From an uncultured Candidatus Entotheonella sp. (lineage in GTDB: Bacteria > Tectomicrobia > Entotheonellia > Entotheonellales > Entotheonellaceae), in assembly GCA_965217185.1 (NCBI GenBank), contig OZ244252.1, positions 1,632,001-1,696,000 on the forward strand: a DNA stretch of 64,000 nucleotides, read 5' to 3'. A program made the position numbers and the translations under genes. The notes beneath the pieces were generated by a model. That model saw only the letters and a program-made list of their open reading frames with translations. It was not told the DNA's origin and made no database searches. Below, one piece after another: positions 1 through 9,900 of the stretch (within the stretch, counting starts at the first letter, position 1; every line of letters starts with the position of its first letter).

Positions 1-305
1 ACGACGCACACCGTGCCCCATTTCTCCCCGAACAGAAAGCCGCCGGTGATGGTCAAAACGGCGCCGCCGGGCAGCGAAAAGGCGATGGCGACGGCATAGA
101 TGAGCATGTAGATGAGGGCGGCGACGATGCCGTAGGTGTCCACCCAATTGAGCAGGGTGGCACGGTTTTCCCGCAGCGCCTCGAAGCTGAGGAAGCGACC
201 GAGATCAAAGACGAAAAACGCCACGAGTCCGAGGGCCAGCACGCCAATGGGAATCAATCGTTTGTATGAAAACGAGGTGCCTTGGGGTGCCGTTGTGTCG
301 TCCAT
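1..305 (-). CDS. TVP38/TMEM64 (VTT/SNARE-associated) family membrane protein, runs off window start
   Basis: Manual translation from ATG at 305 (AGGAGG RBS upstream): MDDTTAPQGTSFSYKRLIPIGVLALGLVAFFVFDLGRFLSFEALRENR...AFSLPGGAVLTITGGFLFG; the SLPG..LT..GG.LFG motif is typical of the family. Not in the ORF track because it is truncated. Confidence 0.8.
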   Translation of the reverse strand, partial: MDDTTAPQGTSFSYKRLIPIGVLALGLVAFFVFDLGRFLSFEALRENRATLLNWVDTYGIVAALIYMLIYAVAIAFSLPGGAVLTITGGFLFGEKWGTVCV

Positions 306-483
306 ACTGAGCCTCCTATTGTTGCGTGGACCTGTGACGGCGACAGCGGCATAGGCTACCCGTCCGGCCTGGCGTTGGCAAGGGGTATCTCGGCCTGTTG
401 CGCTGCTGGGGTGAAGCCGCTACGATGCCGCGCCGGGCAGCCCTCGCTGCCTGCAAACCGATGCAAAACAAGAGGAGACGACG

Positions 484-831
484 ATGGCGATCAAGCGACA
501 TGACACCGGGCCGCGCATGAGTCAGGCGGTCGAGACCGACACCACCGTGCATTTGGCGGGCCTCGTGGCCAGCGAGCCGGTGGCCGATCCCAAGGCGCAA
601 GCCGAGCAAATTCTTGCCAAGGTGGACAACTACCTGGCGCGCTGCGGCAGCGACAAGTCCAAGATACTGTCGGCCCAGATCTGGCTGGCCAACATGGCCT
701 ATTTCAGCGCCGTCAACGAAGTCTGGGACGCCTGGGTCGATCCCGCCAACCCACCGGCCCGCGCCTGCGTGGAGAGCAAGCTGGCGTCACCGCAGTACAT
801 GGTGGAGATCATGATCACGGCGGCGAAATAG
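484..831 (+). CDS. RidA/YjgF family protein (YoaB-like)
   Basis: 115 aa; RMSQAV, NEVWDAWV..PPARACVESKLA..VEIMITAA motifs; GAGGAG RBS. Confidence 0.9.
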   Translation: MAIKRHDTGPRMSQAVETDTTVHLAGLVASEPVADPKAQAEQILAKVDNYLARCGSDKSKILSAQIWLANMAYFSAVNEVWDAWVDPANPPARACVESKLASPQYMVEIMITAAK

Positions 832-1352
832 TGGCCACCCTGGAAACGCCCCGGCTGCGCCTGCGGATGTTTTGCCAAGCGGACGCCGAGGCTTATGCGG
901 ACATGCTGGCCGACCCAGAGGTGGCGCGCTACCTGTCCCACGGCCAGCCGCTGTCGCCCTCGGAAGCCTGGCGGCACATGGCTATGCTGCTGGGCCACTG
1001 GCAACTCTTTGGCTTCGGCCCCTGGGCGGTCGAGGAACGGGCCAGCGGCGAGCTGGTCGGGCGCATTGGCCCGTACGACCCGGCTGGGTGGCCCGGCCTG
1101 GAACTGATCTGGACGATCCGCCGGCAGTCCTGGGGGCACGGATATGCCACCGAGGGTGCCCGTGCCGCCCTGGCCTACGTGTTTAAGCAGATGGGACGCG
1201 ACCGGGTCATCAGTCTGATTCGTCCGCAGAACACGGCGTCGATACGGGTGGCGGAGAAGCTCGGCCAGCGGTTGCAAAACCGCATGGATTTTTACGGGGA
1301 AGAAGCCTTGGTCTACGGCATCCGCCGGGAAGAATGGCAGACGACACGTTGA
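831..1352 (+). CDS. GNAT family N-acetyltransferase (RimJ/RimL-like)
   Basis: LETPRLRLR, WGHGYATEGARA, N.ASIRVAEKLG motifs; overlaps the RidA stop. Confidence 0.9.
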   Translation: MATLETPRLRLRMFCQADAEAYADMLADPEVARYLSHGQPLSPSEAWRHMAMLLGHWQLFGFGPWAVEERASGELVGRIGPYDPAGWPGLELIWTIRRQSWGHGYATEGARAALAYVFKQMGRDRVISLIRPQNTASIRVAEKLGQRLQNRMDFYGEEALVYGIRREEWQTTR

Positions 1353-1364
1353 CCCACCGCCAGC

Positions 1365-2435
1365 GAAAAAGCCTCGGCATCCCGGACCGAAGCTACTTTC
1401 GATGCTCAATAGCCCTGCCCGCACGCGCCCCTGCCAACGCTTAACCGCCATCCGTGAGGATGGCGGTCCATGACTCGGGGTGGAAGTGGTGGCTTGCCTT
1501 TGTCGGGTAGGGCACTGGCGCGCGCACCCTTAGGCGGAGGGTTTCCGGTCTCGTCCTTTCGGTTGCGAGGTGGGTTCACATTTCCGCCTTAGGCCACGTT
1601 TCCAGCCGCCCTCCCTAAAATTCCGTACGTTGGGTTTTCCCCAGTACGGCTTCAAGCATCAGGCACCCTACAGTTCAGTACGGAGCCTTCCGCAGCATCG
1701 TCGAGGTCAAGGCAGATCCAGCCATACCCCCGATCGGATACCGCGTTTGCTCCGCCCTTCGACGATGCCACCCACCGACGGATATTCCGCCTCTGCGTGC
1801 GGAGCCATCGGCTGCAGCATCGCCACCTGAGCCCTGAGGCCCTCGCTCCTGCCGGGTTATGTTGTCCCGGCCATCACCGCTTGTCGGCCTCATCCGACAG
1901 TCTGGAGACCTCCGTTTCATTTTCCCGGCACGGCCGGTTATAGACGCGATCTTCGACATTCAAGGATCATCCTGTCTGATCCCCAGACCTTCCGGACTTT
2001 CACTGCTGTACTTTCGAGTATTGCCGCCTTCAATACGCCGGGAGCCCTGATGCGTGCACCTCAGTTCTTCCGCACCAACGCTGGCCATCGGGCAGGAAAG
2101 AGGCCCTTGGCGGCTCCGTTTATCCCGCAAATCAGCTTCATGCAGGAAGTCCATTTTCGACGCTTAATCCGTTCGCTCTCGCTACGGCTCTACTCTTTGC
2201 TCGCCCCCCGGGCTGATCAGACAAAAGCGGCACGATGGCCTCTCCGTCCCCCAGGACTTTTACTTCCGGGCTTCCAGGTCGCAGGGTCGCCCCTTGCGCC
2301 TGCCGAATATGACTACGACGCCAAACTGAGAATTGCGCCGACGGGACTTTCACCCGCTAGTACAGCAGCTAGTCTCGCTGCACCCTTCCCACCGGACTTT
2401 CACCGACTGCACTGACACCAGTCTGCTTGGCGCTC
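1365..2435 (-). mobile_element. Truncated 5' part (domain I) of an outer group II intron, interrupted by the inner intron at 1502-2383
   Basis: Joining the flanks gives GAGCGCCAAGCAGACTGGTGTCAGTGCAGTCGGTGAAAGTCCGGTGGGAAGG|AAAGGCAAGCCACCACTTCCACCCCGAGTCATGGACCGCCATCCTCACGGATGGCGGTTAAGCGTTGGCAGGGGCGCGTGCGGGCAGGGCTATTGAGCATCGAAAG, which resembles bacterial IIB intron domain I; no D5 or RT for this copy. Confidence 0.55.
1502..2383 (-). ncRNA. ORF-less group II intron (~880 nt)
   Basis: 5' end GTGCAGCGAG (2383); domain V GAAGCCGTACTGGGGAAAACCCAACGTACGGAATT (1653-1619); domain VI ending CCCTACCCGAC (1502); hairpin GGGC-CTCTTTCCT-GCCC carries EBS1 CUUUCC (2100-2095), complementary (one G-U) to the 5' exon end GGAAGG; no RT ORF inside. 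Confidence 0.85.
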
Positions 2436-2499
2436 TCCGCTAATACTCGTCTCCCACTTGTAGAATCACTCAAACACGTTAACCAAAAGGCCGGAGGAG

Positions 2500-3543
2500 T
2501 TGAACATGGCTCAGATAGGCTTTTTCGATGTCGAGAAGCGTTACGCCGCTCTGGATGCCAAGAATGACCCCTTGGTGAAGATCAATGCCGTCGTTCCATG
2601 GGAAGCGTTCCGCAGCCGCCTGGAGAAAGTCTGGCGCAAGCCAGCCGACAAGCGTAAGTCGAACGCAGGCTGCAAGGCCTGGGACGCCATCGTCATGTTC
2701 AAAGCCATCGTTCTGTGCGCCCTCTACAATCTGTCGGACGATCAGGTGGAGTACCAGATGCGCGACCGCCTCTTTTGTGCGCTTCCTGGGTCTGGCCCTT
2801 GAAGACAAAGTGCCCGACGCCAAGACCGTGTGGCTTTACCGGGAACAGTTGTCACAGGCTGGTGTGATCGACGCCTTGTTCAACGATTTTGACGGCTATC
2901 TGAAAACCCAAGGCTACCGGGCGATGGGCGGCCAGATCATCGACGCGTCGATTGTTGCGGTTCCCAAACAGCGTAATAATCGTGCTGACAACGCCCGGAT
3001 CAAGCAAGGTGAGACGCCAAGGACTGGGCAGACAAGGCGGCCCGGCGTCGTCAGAAAGACACGGATGCGCGGTGGACGAAAAAGCACGGCAAGAGTCACT
3101 ATGGCTACAAGAACCACCTCAACATCGACCGCAGGCACAAGCTGATCCGGCGCTATAGCGTGACGGATGCGTCGGTTCACGACAGCCAAGCGGTTGATGA
3201 CCTGCTGACTTCGGACAACACGGCAAGCGGTGTGTGGGCGGACAGCGCCTAGCGGTCGAAAGACATTGAGGAGAAGATCAAGGGAAAGGGTTTGACGAGT
3301 CGGATCCATCGCAAGGTTTGTCGTAACCGTCCGTTGCGTGATTGGGAGAAGGCCGGCAACAGAAGTCGTTCACGGTTTCGGGTCCGGGTAGAGCATGTCT
3401 TCGGGGCGCAGCACAACGACATGGGCGGGACGTTGGTTCGCAGCCTCGGGCTTGTGCGGGCGACGGCGCGCATCGGGCTTAAGAACCTCGCTTACAACAT
3501 GCGACGCCTGGTTGGGTTGCAGCGTCTTGGGATGGTGGGTTGA
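2500..3543 (+). pseudogene. IS5 family transposase, disrupted
   Basis: MAQIGFFD..DPLVKINAVVPWE, KVPDAKTVWLYRE, IIDASIV, KSHYGYKNH, RVRVEHVFG..KNLAYNMRRL spread over several frames; frameshifts near 2775 and 3020, in-frame TAG at 3249-3251. Confidence 0.9.
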
Positions 3544-3742
3544 GCGTAAGCGGTGCGCAAGGGGTGTACCGGATGTCATCTTTGACCATCCATGAGGACG
3601 TTGCAGTCAGGTTCTTCCCCGTCTTATACTTTTCCAGTCCCTGTCGCATATTCACTTCGAGAGACTTTCCGACTCATAACCACGCTGGAGACATTCAATG
3701 GCAACTGTACATAGCACCGGACAGGACCGGTGGGTCGTCCAT

Positions 3743-3934
3743 ATGAGCAGCCCCGATGAGTCCCAAATGACGGTCGAAGTTCACATGAACCTGGAAACAG
3801 CTAAGAAGATAGCGGAGCGCGAGACACAACGAATCGCCGCCTTGAATCCAGGTCACGACGACTTGGACCCTCAGACGGTCGCATCGGCCGTTCTGTCGGT
3901 ATTGGGCCAATTTGCGGCCGGGAACCGTCTATGA
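3743..3934 (+). CDS. Small hypothetical protein
   Basis: MSSPDESQMTVEVHMNLETAKKIAERE...; protein-like composition, no family recognised, start uncertain (3698 possible). Confidence 0.3.
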   Translation: MSSPDESQMTVEVHMNLETAKKIAERETQRIAALNPGHDDLDPQTVASAVLSVLGQFAAGNRL

Positions 3935-3944
3935 CCGGTTAGTC

Positions 3945-4550
3945 TCATGCCATAATCCCCGCGACACGTTCCGCCTCTTCGCGCGTCGGGAAGCCGGCCA
4001 AAGGTATCGTCTGACGCCAACCACCTGCCGGGTTCGATATTTCTACGCGGAACGCCCCTTCCTCAGTGACCTTTACGACACGGCAAATGCATCTTTCGCC
4101 TAAGTGCTTCTCCAACAATGGGATCAAATCCTGCGGTTTGCACGCGGCCCTATGTCCCTTGATGAAGTCGACGTCGTTGGTGAGAATGGTATCGATACCT
4201 TCGAGCGCGCCCGCCGCGGCGACCTGTGCATCCTCGAAGGACAGGTCGTCGTAGCCTACTATGGCGGCCGTCAGCACATCTTCCGTCAAGGGTAAAACCT
4301 GAAGTAGCCGCATCGTATCAGCCGCGAGGCGACGTTCGCTCTCGGTCCGGCTTGGCCCGCGCGTTGCGCCGTGATGGCAGATTACCCCGAAAGCCGAGGC
4401 GCACACGAAACCTCTAACGGCATCGAGTTCCGCAAACGTCAGGGCGCGGGCCGCTGGGACGGCGTTCTCCCTCTGGCAAAAAACATCGAGCAGGACGTTG
4501 GCGTCGAATAGAACCTGGAGCGGTTCTCCTCGCTGAAGGCGTGCATCCAA
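3945..4550 (-). CDS. PIN domain (VapC-like) ribonuclease with C-terminal extension
   Basis: VLFDANVLLD, FEDAQVAAA, ILTNDVDF PIN acidic motifs; start probably TTG ~4550 just after the upstream ORF stop (ORF track extends to 4712). Confidence 0.75.
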   Translation of the reverse strand: MDARLQRGEPLQVLFDANVLLDVFCQRENAVPAARALTFAELDAVRGFVCASAFGVICHHGATRGPSRTESERRLAADTMRLLQVLPLTEDVLTAAIVGYDDLSFEDAQVAAAGALEGIDTILTNDVDFIKGHRAACKPQDLIPLLEKHLGERCICRVVKVTEEGAFRVEISNPAGGWRQTIPLAGFPTREEAERVAGIMA

Positions 4551-4551
4551 G

Positions 4552-4746
4552 TCAAGGAGAATTGGGCCGCGACGCACTTTTTGCTTCCAACTCAGCGGAA
4601 CTGTCTCCCTCAGCCTCATCGGTTGAATCGACGAGGGCACCGAACATCCTCTCCACGGTTGGCGAAAGGCCAGCTCGTAATGGGACCTGCCCCGGCACCT
4701 TCTGATCGCCAAGCATTACATCGTCGCGCTCTTCTGACATTGCCAT
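4552..4746 (-). CDS. Putative antitoxin upstream of PIN gene
   Basis: Small acidic ORF (MAMSEERDD...LSPTVERMFGAL) with GGAGG RBS, ending just before the PIN ORF. Confidence 0.45.
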   Translation of the reverse strand: MAMSEERDDVMLGDQKVPGQVPLRAGLSPTVERMFGALVDSTDEAEGDSSAELEAKSASRPNSP

Positions 4747-5339
4747 ACCTCCTTCCGAAGCCAACCTGCTCACCCTTCGTACCGTGCCACAGCGAATACG
4801 ACGGACAACATGTAGGCTATGAAGTCCAACCGCCAAACGTCCGAATCATCGGTCAGACTCGCGACATGTTCATCGGGTCCGGCAACGGTTTCATGGACGA
4901 TCGGTACTACAACTACACCACAACTACGGGACGATTCGCGAGCGGGGAACACAACCCCGCGGCGGCGCTTGCAGTTGCCCCGTCCCGCAACCCATCCACG
5001 TTGCCGTCGAGCCGTCCTCCACGCCGGGCCGAGCCCTCGCCCCGCAACGGCCGCGTCTCCGTGCCGCCGACAGGAAGAGCCTAGCCTTGCGCGGTGGCCG
5101 GATGTCCAGGGAAGGGCATCCCACCAATCCTGGCCACCGGCCTGAAGGAAACGACAACATACACCCAGCGGTCGCGCTTCCAGGCCATGGCCGACGGCGA
5201 TATTCGCCGCTGGCCCGGCAAAGAGAGGCGAAGAAAGTGTAGGCGCTTGGTAAGGACCACACAAGAGCAACCTGAGTGCATTTCCGCACACTCACTTCTT
5301 GCACGCGCTGATCGCTACATTCTCACGAACTCCAGCCTC

Positions 5340-6110
5340 CCATAGCCACGGCTGGACATACCAGCCCGTCCAACTGCGAACTTCATACTCATCCAGCCCG
5401 ACTTCACCCTTGGCCGCCTCGAAACACATCTCGATGCACCAACGCCGGCCTGCCACTGACACCAGGGTCGCCAACTCCGTCCGTGACGGGGCAAACACCA
5501 AATAGGCCGTCAATTTCCTGTCCGCTTGCAAGCTGCGACGTACCAGCAAGTAGCGGCACCAATCCACTGCGCACGGCGCCATCAACCTCACACACTGCCA
5601 ATCGTAGAGCCTCGGCCCCTTGCTGCCCGAACCCGCACTCAGCCGTTGCCAAGCATCCTCGTCGAGCCCCTCAAGCACCGATTTCACCGAGCGCTGCATG
5701 CCCCCAAGCCAGACATGCTCTTTGCTCGACACCGCCAGCACATAGGCTCTTTCCTGCCTTTCCAACCACCGCCGCAAGCGGCGCGCATCGCCGTAGGCAC
5801 TGTCACCCACCACCCACGACGCAGGCACGCCAGCCGCAAAGGCTCGCTCAAGCATCGCCTGGGCCAACTCAGGCTTGGTGGCAAACCCTACCTCCGGGGC
5901 AATGCCCGCCCGCTGGCAGCGCTCAGGGTCCTTTGTCCACGACGCGGGCAGGTACAAGGCACGGTCCAGCAACGTCTGGCCAAAGCAACTGGCATAGGCC
6001 ACAAACACACCGACCTGAGAGTTCTCCACCCGACCTGCCGTGCCGCTATACTGCCTGGCCACCCCGGCTGAGCGCGTGCCTTTTTTCAAAAATCCCGTCT
6101 CATCAACTGT
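5340..6110 (-). pseudogene. IS701 family transposase fragment
   Basis: VDETGFLKKGTRSAGVARQYSGTAGRVENSQVGV, RRWCIEMCFEAAKGEVGLDEYEVRSWTGW; N- and C-termini missing. Confidence 0.9.
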
Positions 6111-6116
6111 CGTACT

Positions 6117-6201
6117 AGCCCTCCCCCACGGAGGGGGGAGGGGACCCGGACTGGGGGTCTCCCCCTCTCCCCTGGTGGGAGAGGGTCGGGGTGAGGGGGA
6201 G
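6117..6201. repeat. GC-rich palindromic REP-like repeats
   Basis: CCCTCCCCCACGGAGGGGGGAGGG and CCCTCTCCCCTGGTGGGAGAGGG hairpins at the truncation point of the IS701 gene. Confidence 0.55.
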
Positions 6202-6328
6202 ACCGGCGCCGGACGACCGAACGTGCAACCCGTCTGGAACACGTGAGCCAGTCTTTTCAAGCTGAGCCACCAGCCTCCCATATGGGAGGTATTTTGTTTT
6301 TAATTTTCGTGTATAGTGCGCCTCCGGC

Positions 6329-6514
6329 GTGTGGGCAATCGGCGCCCTTGGTCACGGCAACGACGTGATCAGAGATTCTGCCGGCGGGGAAGACCGCATC
6401 CATCTCACAAACGGAGGAGCACAGCGTGCCCGACAGGATCAGCGCGACAGGCAGTGTGACGGCAGGAAGTTCGGCGACGGGCGAGATCGAAACCGCCAAC
6501 GGCTTGGCACGTGA
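6329..6514 (+). pseudogene. Fragments of an RTX/surface-protein gene
   Basis: GHGNDVIRDSAGGEDRIHL (resembles RTX tail GDGTDTITDF.PEEGDRIDL of the downstream gene) and, in another frame, ATGSVTAGSSATGEIETANG. Confidence 0.4.
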
Positions 6515-6590
6515 AGAGGAGCGGGCCATGCAGGCACAGCGCCTCAGCGGCGTGCTCGGCAGGCCCGGCGCCGCCCCCGTCAAAAAGGGC

Positions 6591-6620
6591 TTGACATTCC
6601 CGGAATGCGGTTTTCATCTT
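6591..6620 (+). promoter_or_regulatory. Putative sigma70 promoter for the large surface-protein gene
   Basis: TTGACA at 6591-6596, CATCTT -10-like hexamer at 6615-6620 (18-bp spacer). Confidence 0.5.
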
Positions 6621-6622
6621 GA

Positions 6623-6782
6623 GAGCCGAGCCGAGCCGAGCCGAGCCGAGCCGAGCCGAGCCGAGCCGAGCCGAGCCGAGCCGAGCCGAGCCGAGCCGAG
6701 CCGAGCCGAGCCGAGCCGAGCCGAGCCGAGCCGAGCCGAGCCGAGCCGAGCCGAGCCGAGCCGAGCCGAGCCGAGCCGAGCC
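6623..6782. repeat. Perfect pentanucleotide microsatellite (GAGCC)x32
   Basis: 160 bp of uninterrupted GAGCC units. Confidence 0.97.
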
Positions 6783-6925
6783 GGGAGCAGCACCGCCCGC
6801 CCCCGCCGCCTGACCGCCTGCCGTCCCCTCGGGGCGGCCATCCCTCTCCATCGACCGCATCCGCCGCCGGCCGGCCGGCGGGTTTCGCGCGTCTGGCCGG
6901 CGGGCGGCGCGGTCTCGTCCACTCC

Positions 6926-9900
6926 GTGCGGACGCTCGCCGCCGTGGCGCTGCTCGCGCTGGTCGGCGGCCTAGCCCTGCCGGCCACGACCCAGGCTCAG
7001 GCCCCCGGCGTGCTGGTGAGCAATATGGGCCAGGCCTCCGGCGGCCGCGGTAATAACATAAATGACACTTGGCTGGCAGCGCAGGGCTTTTCGGTCCCCA
7101 GCGGCGGCGGCAACTACACGCTCACCTCGATCGAGATTCTCGTTAGCCAAGACATTTCGTCCACGAATATCGGCTCGCTGAGCGTCAGCGTGTGGTCCGC
7201 CGATTCCTCGGGCCGTCCGGACAGTTCCCTGCATACCCTGACCAATCCGGCGAGCGTGACAGCCGACGTCGCGGCGAGCTTCACTGCCCCTGCGAGCGCA
7301 ACGCTCGAGGCGGGTAACACCTATGTAGTCTTGGTGGATTACGACCTAACAGGTAATAGGAATTGGCTGAGCACGAATGCGAATAGCGAAGACGCGACCT
7401 CCACGGCCGGTTGGACCATCGCCAATACGGGCCTGTATCGTTCACGTACGGCCACGAGCTGGACTGTCCCACTCTTCGCCTTCTTTCTCCAAGTCAACGG
7501 CACCGCGTCCAACAACGCGCCGGTCTTCGCCGATGCGACGGCGACGCGCGAGGTGCCCGAGAACAGCGCGGCGGACACCGCCGTCGGCGCGCCGGTGACG
7601 GCGGACGACGCCGACACCGGCGACACGCTGGAATACTCCCTGGGGGGCACGGACGCGTCGTCGTTCGAGATCGATTCGGACACGGGCCAGATCAAGACCG
7701 TATCGTCGGGGACCTACAACTACGAGGCGGCGCAGAATTCCTACTCGGCGACGGTGACGGCGTCGGACGGCACCGACACCGACTCGATCGTCGTGACCAT
7801 CAACCTGACGGACGTGGACGAGCAGCCGGACAAACCGGACAAGCCGACGGTGACGGCGGTCTCGGGCTCGTCCACAAGCCTGGACGTGAGCTGGACCGAG
7901 CCGGGGCTGAACGGCGGCCCGGCGATCACCGGCTACGAACTGCGGTACGAGACCCGGGCGAGCCCGACCGACCAGTGGACTCCCGTTGGCGACTGGCCGC
8001 ACACGGGCACGACGACCACGACGACCATCACCGGGCTGACGGCGACCACGGAGTACCAGGTGCAGGTGACGGCGCTCAACGGCGAGATACAGAGCGCCTA
8101 TTCGGACCCCTCCGACGTGGTCAGCACCAACGCGGGCTCCAACGCGCCGGTCTTCGCCGATGCGACGGCGACGCGCGAGGTGCCCGAGAACAGCGCGGCG
8201 GACACCGCTGTCGGCGCGCCGGTGACGGCGGACGACGCCGACGGCGACACGCTGGAATACACCTTGGGGGGCACGGACGCGTCGTCGTTCGACATCGATT
8301 CGGGCACGGGCCAGATCAAGACCGTATCGTCGGGGACCTACAACTACGAGGCGGCGCAGAATTCCTACTCGGTGACGGTGACGGCGTCGGACGGCACCGA
8401 CAACGACTCGATCGTCGTGACAATCAACCTGACGGACGTGGACGAGCAGCCGGACAAACCGGCCAAGCCGACGGTGACGGCGGTCTCGGGCTCGTCCACA
8501 AGCCTGGACGTGAGCTGGACCGAGCCGGGGCTGAACGGCGGCCCGGAGATCACCGGCTACGAAGTGCGGTACCGCAGCCGGCCGAGCGCGCCCGACGCCT
8601 GGAGTCGTTCTGTCGACTGGCCGCACACGGGCACGACGACCACGACGACCATCACCGGGCTGACGGCGAACACGGAGCACCAAGTGCAGGTGGCGGCGCT
8701 CAACGGCGAGATACCGAGCGCCTATTCGAACAACTCCGACGTGGTCAGCACCAACGCGGAGACGCTCACCGCGCCGACGATCACCGAGGTGGCGGTGACC
8801 TCGACGCCGCAGGCGACGTCGGACACCTACGGGGCGGGCGAGACCATCGAGGTCACGGTGACCTTCGACCAGACGGTGAACGCCACGACCGGCACGGACT
8901 TCGTGCTGTCCGTGGCCGGCCGCAAGCGCGCGCCGCTGAGCAGCGGCTCGGGCACGACGACGCTGGTGTTCGGCTACACCGTGCAGACCGGCGACAGCGA
9001 CGACGACGGCATCTGGATCGGGGACCAGGACCGGACCCTGGTCGGCAACCGCAACGGGGATCCCCAGAACGGGACGATCACGAGCGTGGACACCGCCACG
9101 GCGGCGGACCTCACCCATAGCGCGCTCGGCGTGCTGTCCGGCCACAAGGTGGACGGCAGCAGTGGGACGCCGCCGCCCACGACCTGCACGCTGAGCACCG
9201 GCGACCTCTGGTGCGGCGTGGTGACGGTGGGGACGTACTCTAACGGAGTGGGCTTCACTGACAGCGAGGGCGCCCTGACCGACAACACCGGGGACCAGAC
9301 GATCACCATCGGGTCGGCCAACTACATGATTTCTTCTGTGGTCATCTTGGCGAGCCCGGCGGGGGCGTTGGTGATGGGACTCGACACGCGGTTCCCGACT
9401 GATGACGAGACCACCCTGGTGTTTCATATCGGCAGCAGCACGTTCGAGGTAAGCGAGGCCACCTTCGACACCGGGGTCGGGGGCTACATCTGGCAAGATT
9501 CCGGTCTGAGCTGGTCCGTCGACGACACGGTCGATCTGCGTCTGCGGCGGGCCACGGCCCCGACGATCGACGCGCCGACGATCGACGACGTGGCGGTGAC
9601 CTCCACCCCGGCGGCGACGGACACCTACGGGGCGGGCGAGACGATCGAGGTCACGGTGACCTTCAGCGAGGCGGTGACCGCCACGACCGGCACGGACTTC
9701 GTGCTGTCCGTCGGTGGGGCCAAGCGCGCGCCGCTGTTGCGCGGGTCGGGCACGGCGACGCTGGTGTTCGGCTACACCGTGCTGGCCGCCGACGCCGACG
9801 ACAACGGCATCTGGATCGGGGACCAGGACCGAACCCTGGTCGGCAACCGCAACGGGGACCCCCAGAACGGCACGATCACGAGCGTGGACACCGGCACGGC

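Noticed and set aside
1570..2415. Short ORFs inside the intron as a possible RT/maturase, retron or DGR
   Set aside because: No YADD or other RT motifs in any listed frame; the region is explained as structured RNA
3249..3251. In-frame TAG in IS5 transposase as possible recoding
   Set aside because: The same gene has two frameshifts; simple decay is the better explanation
4770..5291. Overlapping ORFs between the PIN pair and IS701
   Set aside because: No consistent frame, RBS or motif; possibly a gene fragment but not supportable
6405..6987. ORFs with SRAEP/ARLGS repeats; possible CRISPR-like array
   Set aside because: They are translations of the (GAGCC)n microsatellite; there are no spacers or cas genes, and no CRISPR array was seen anywhere in the window
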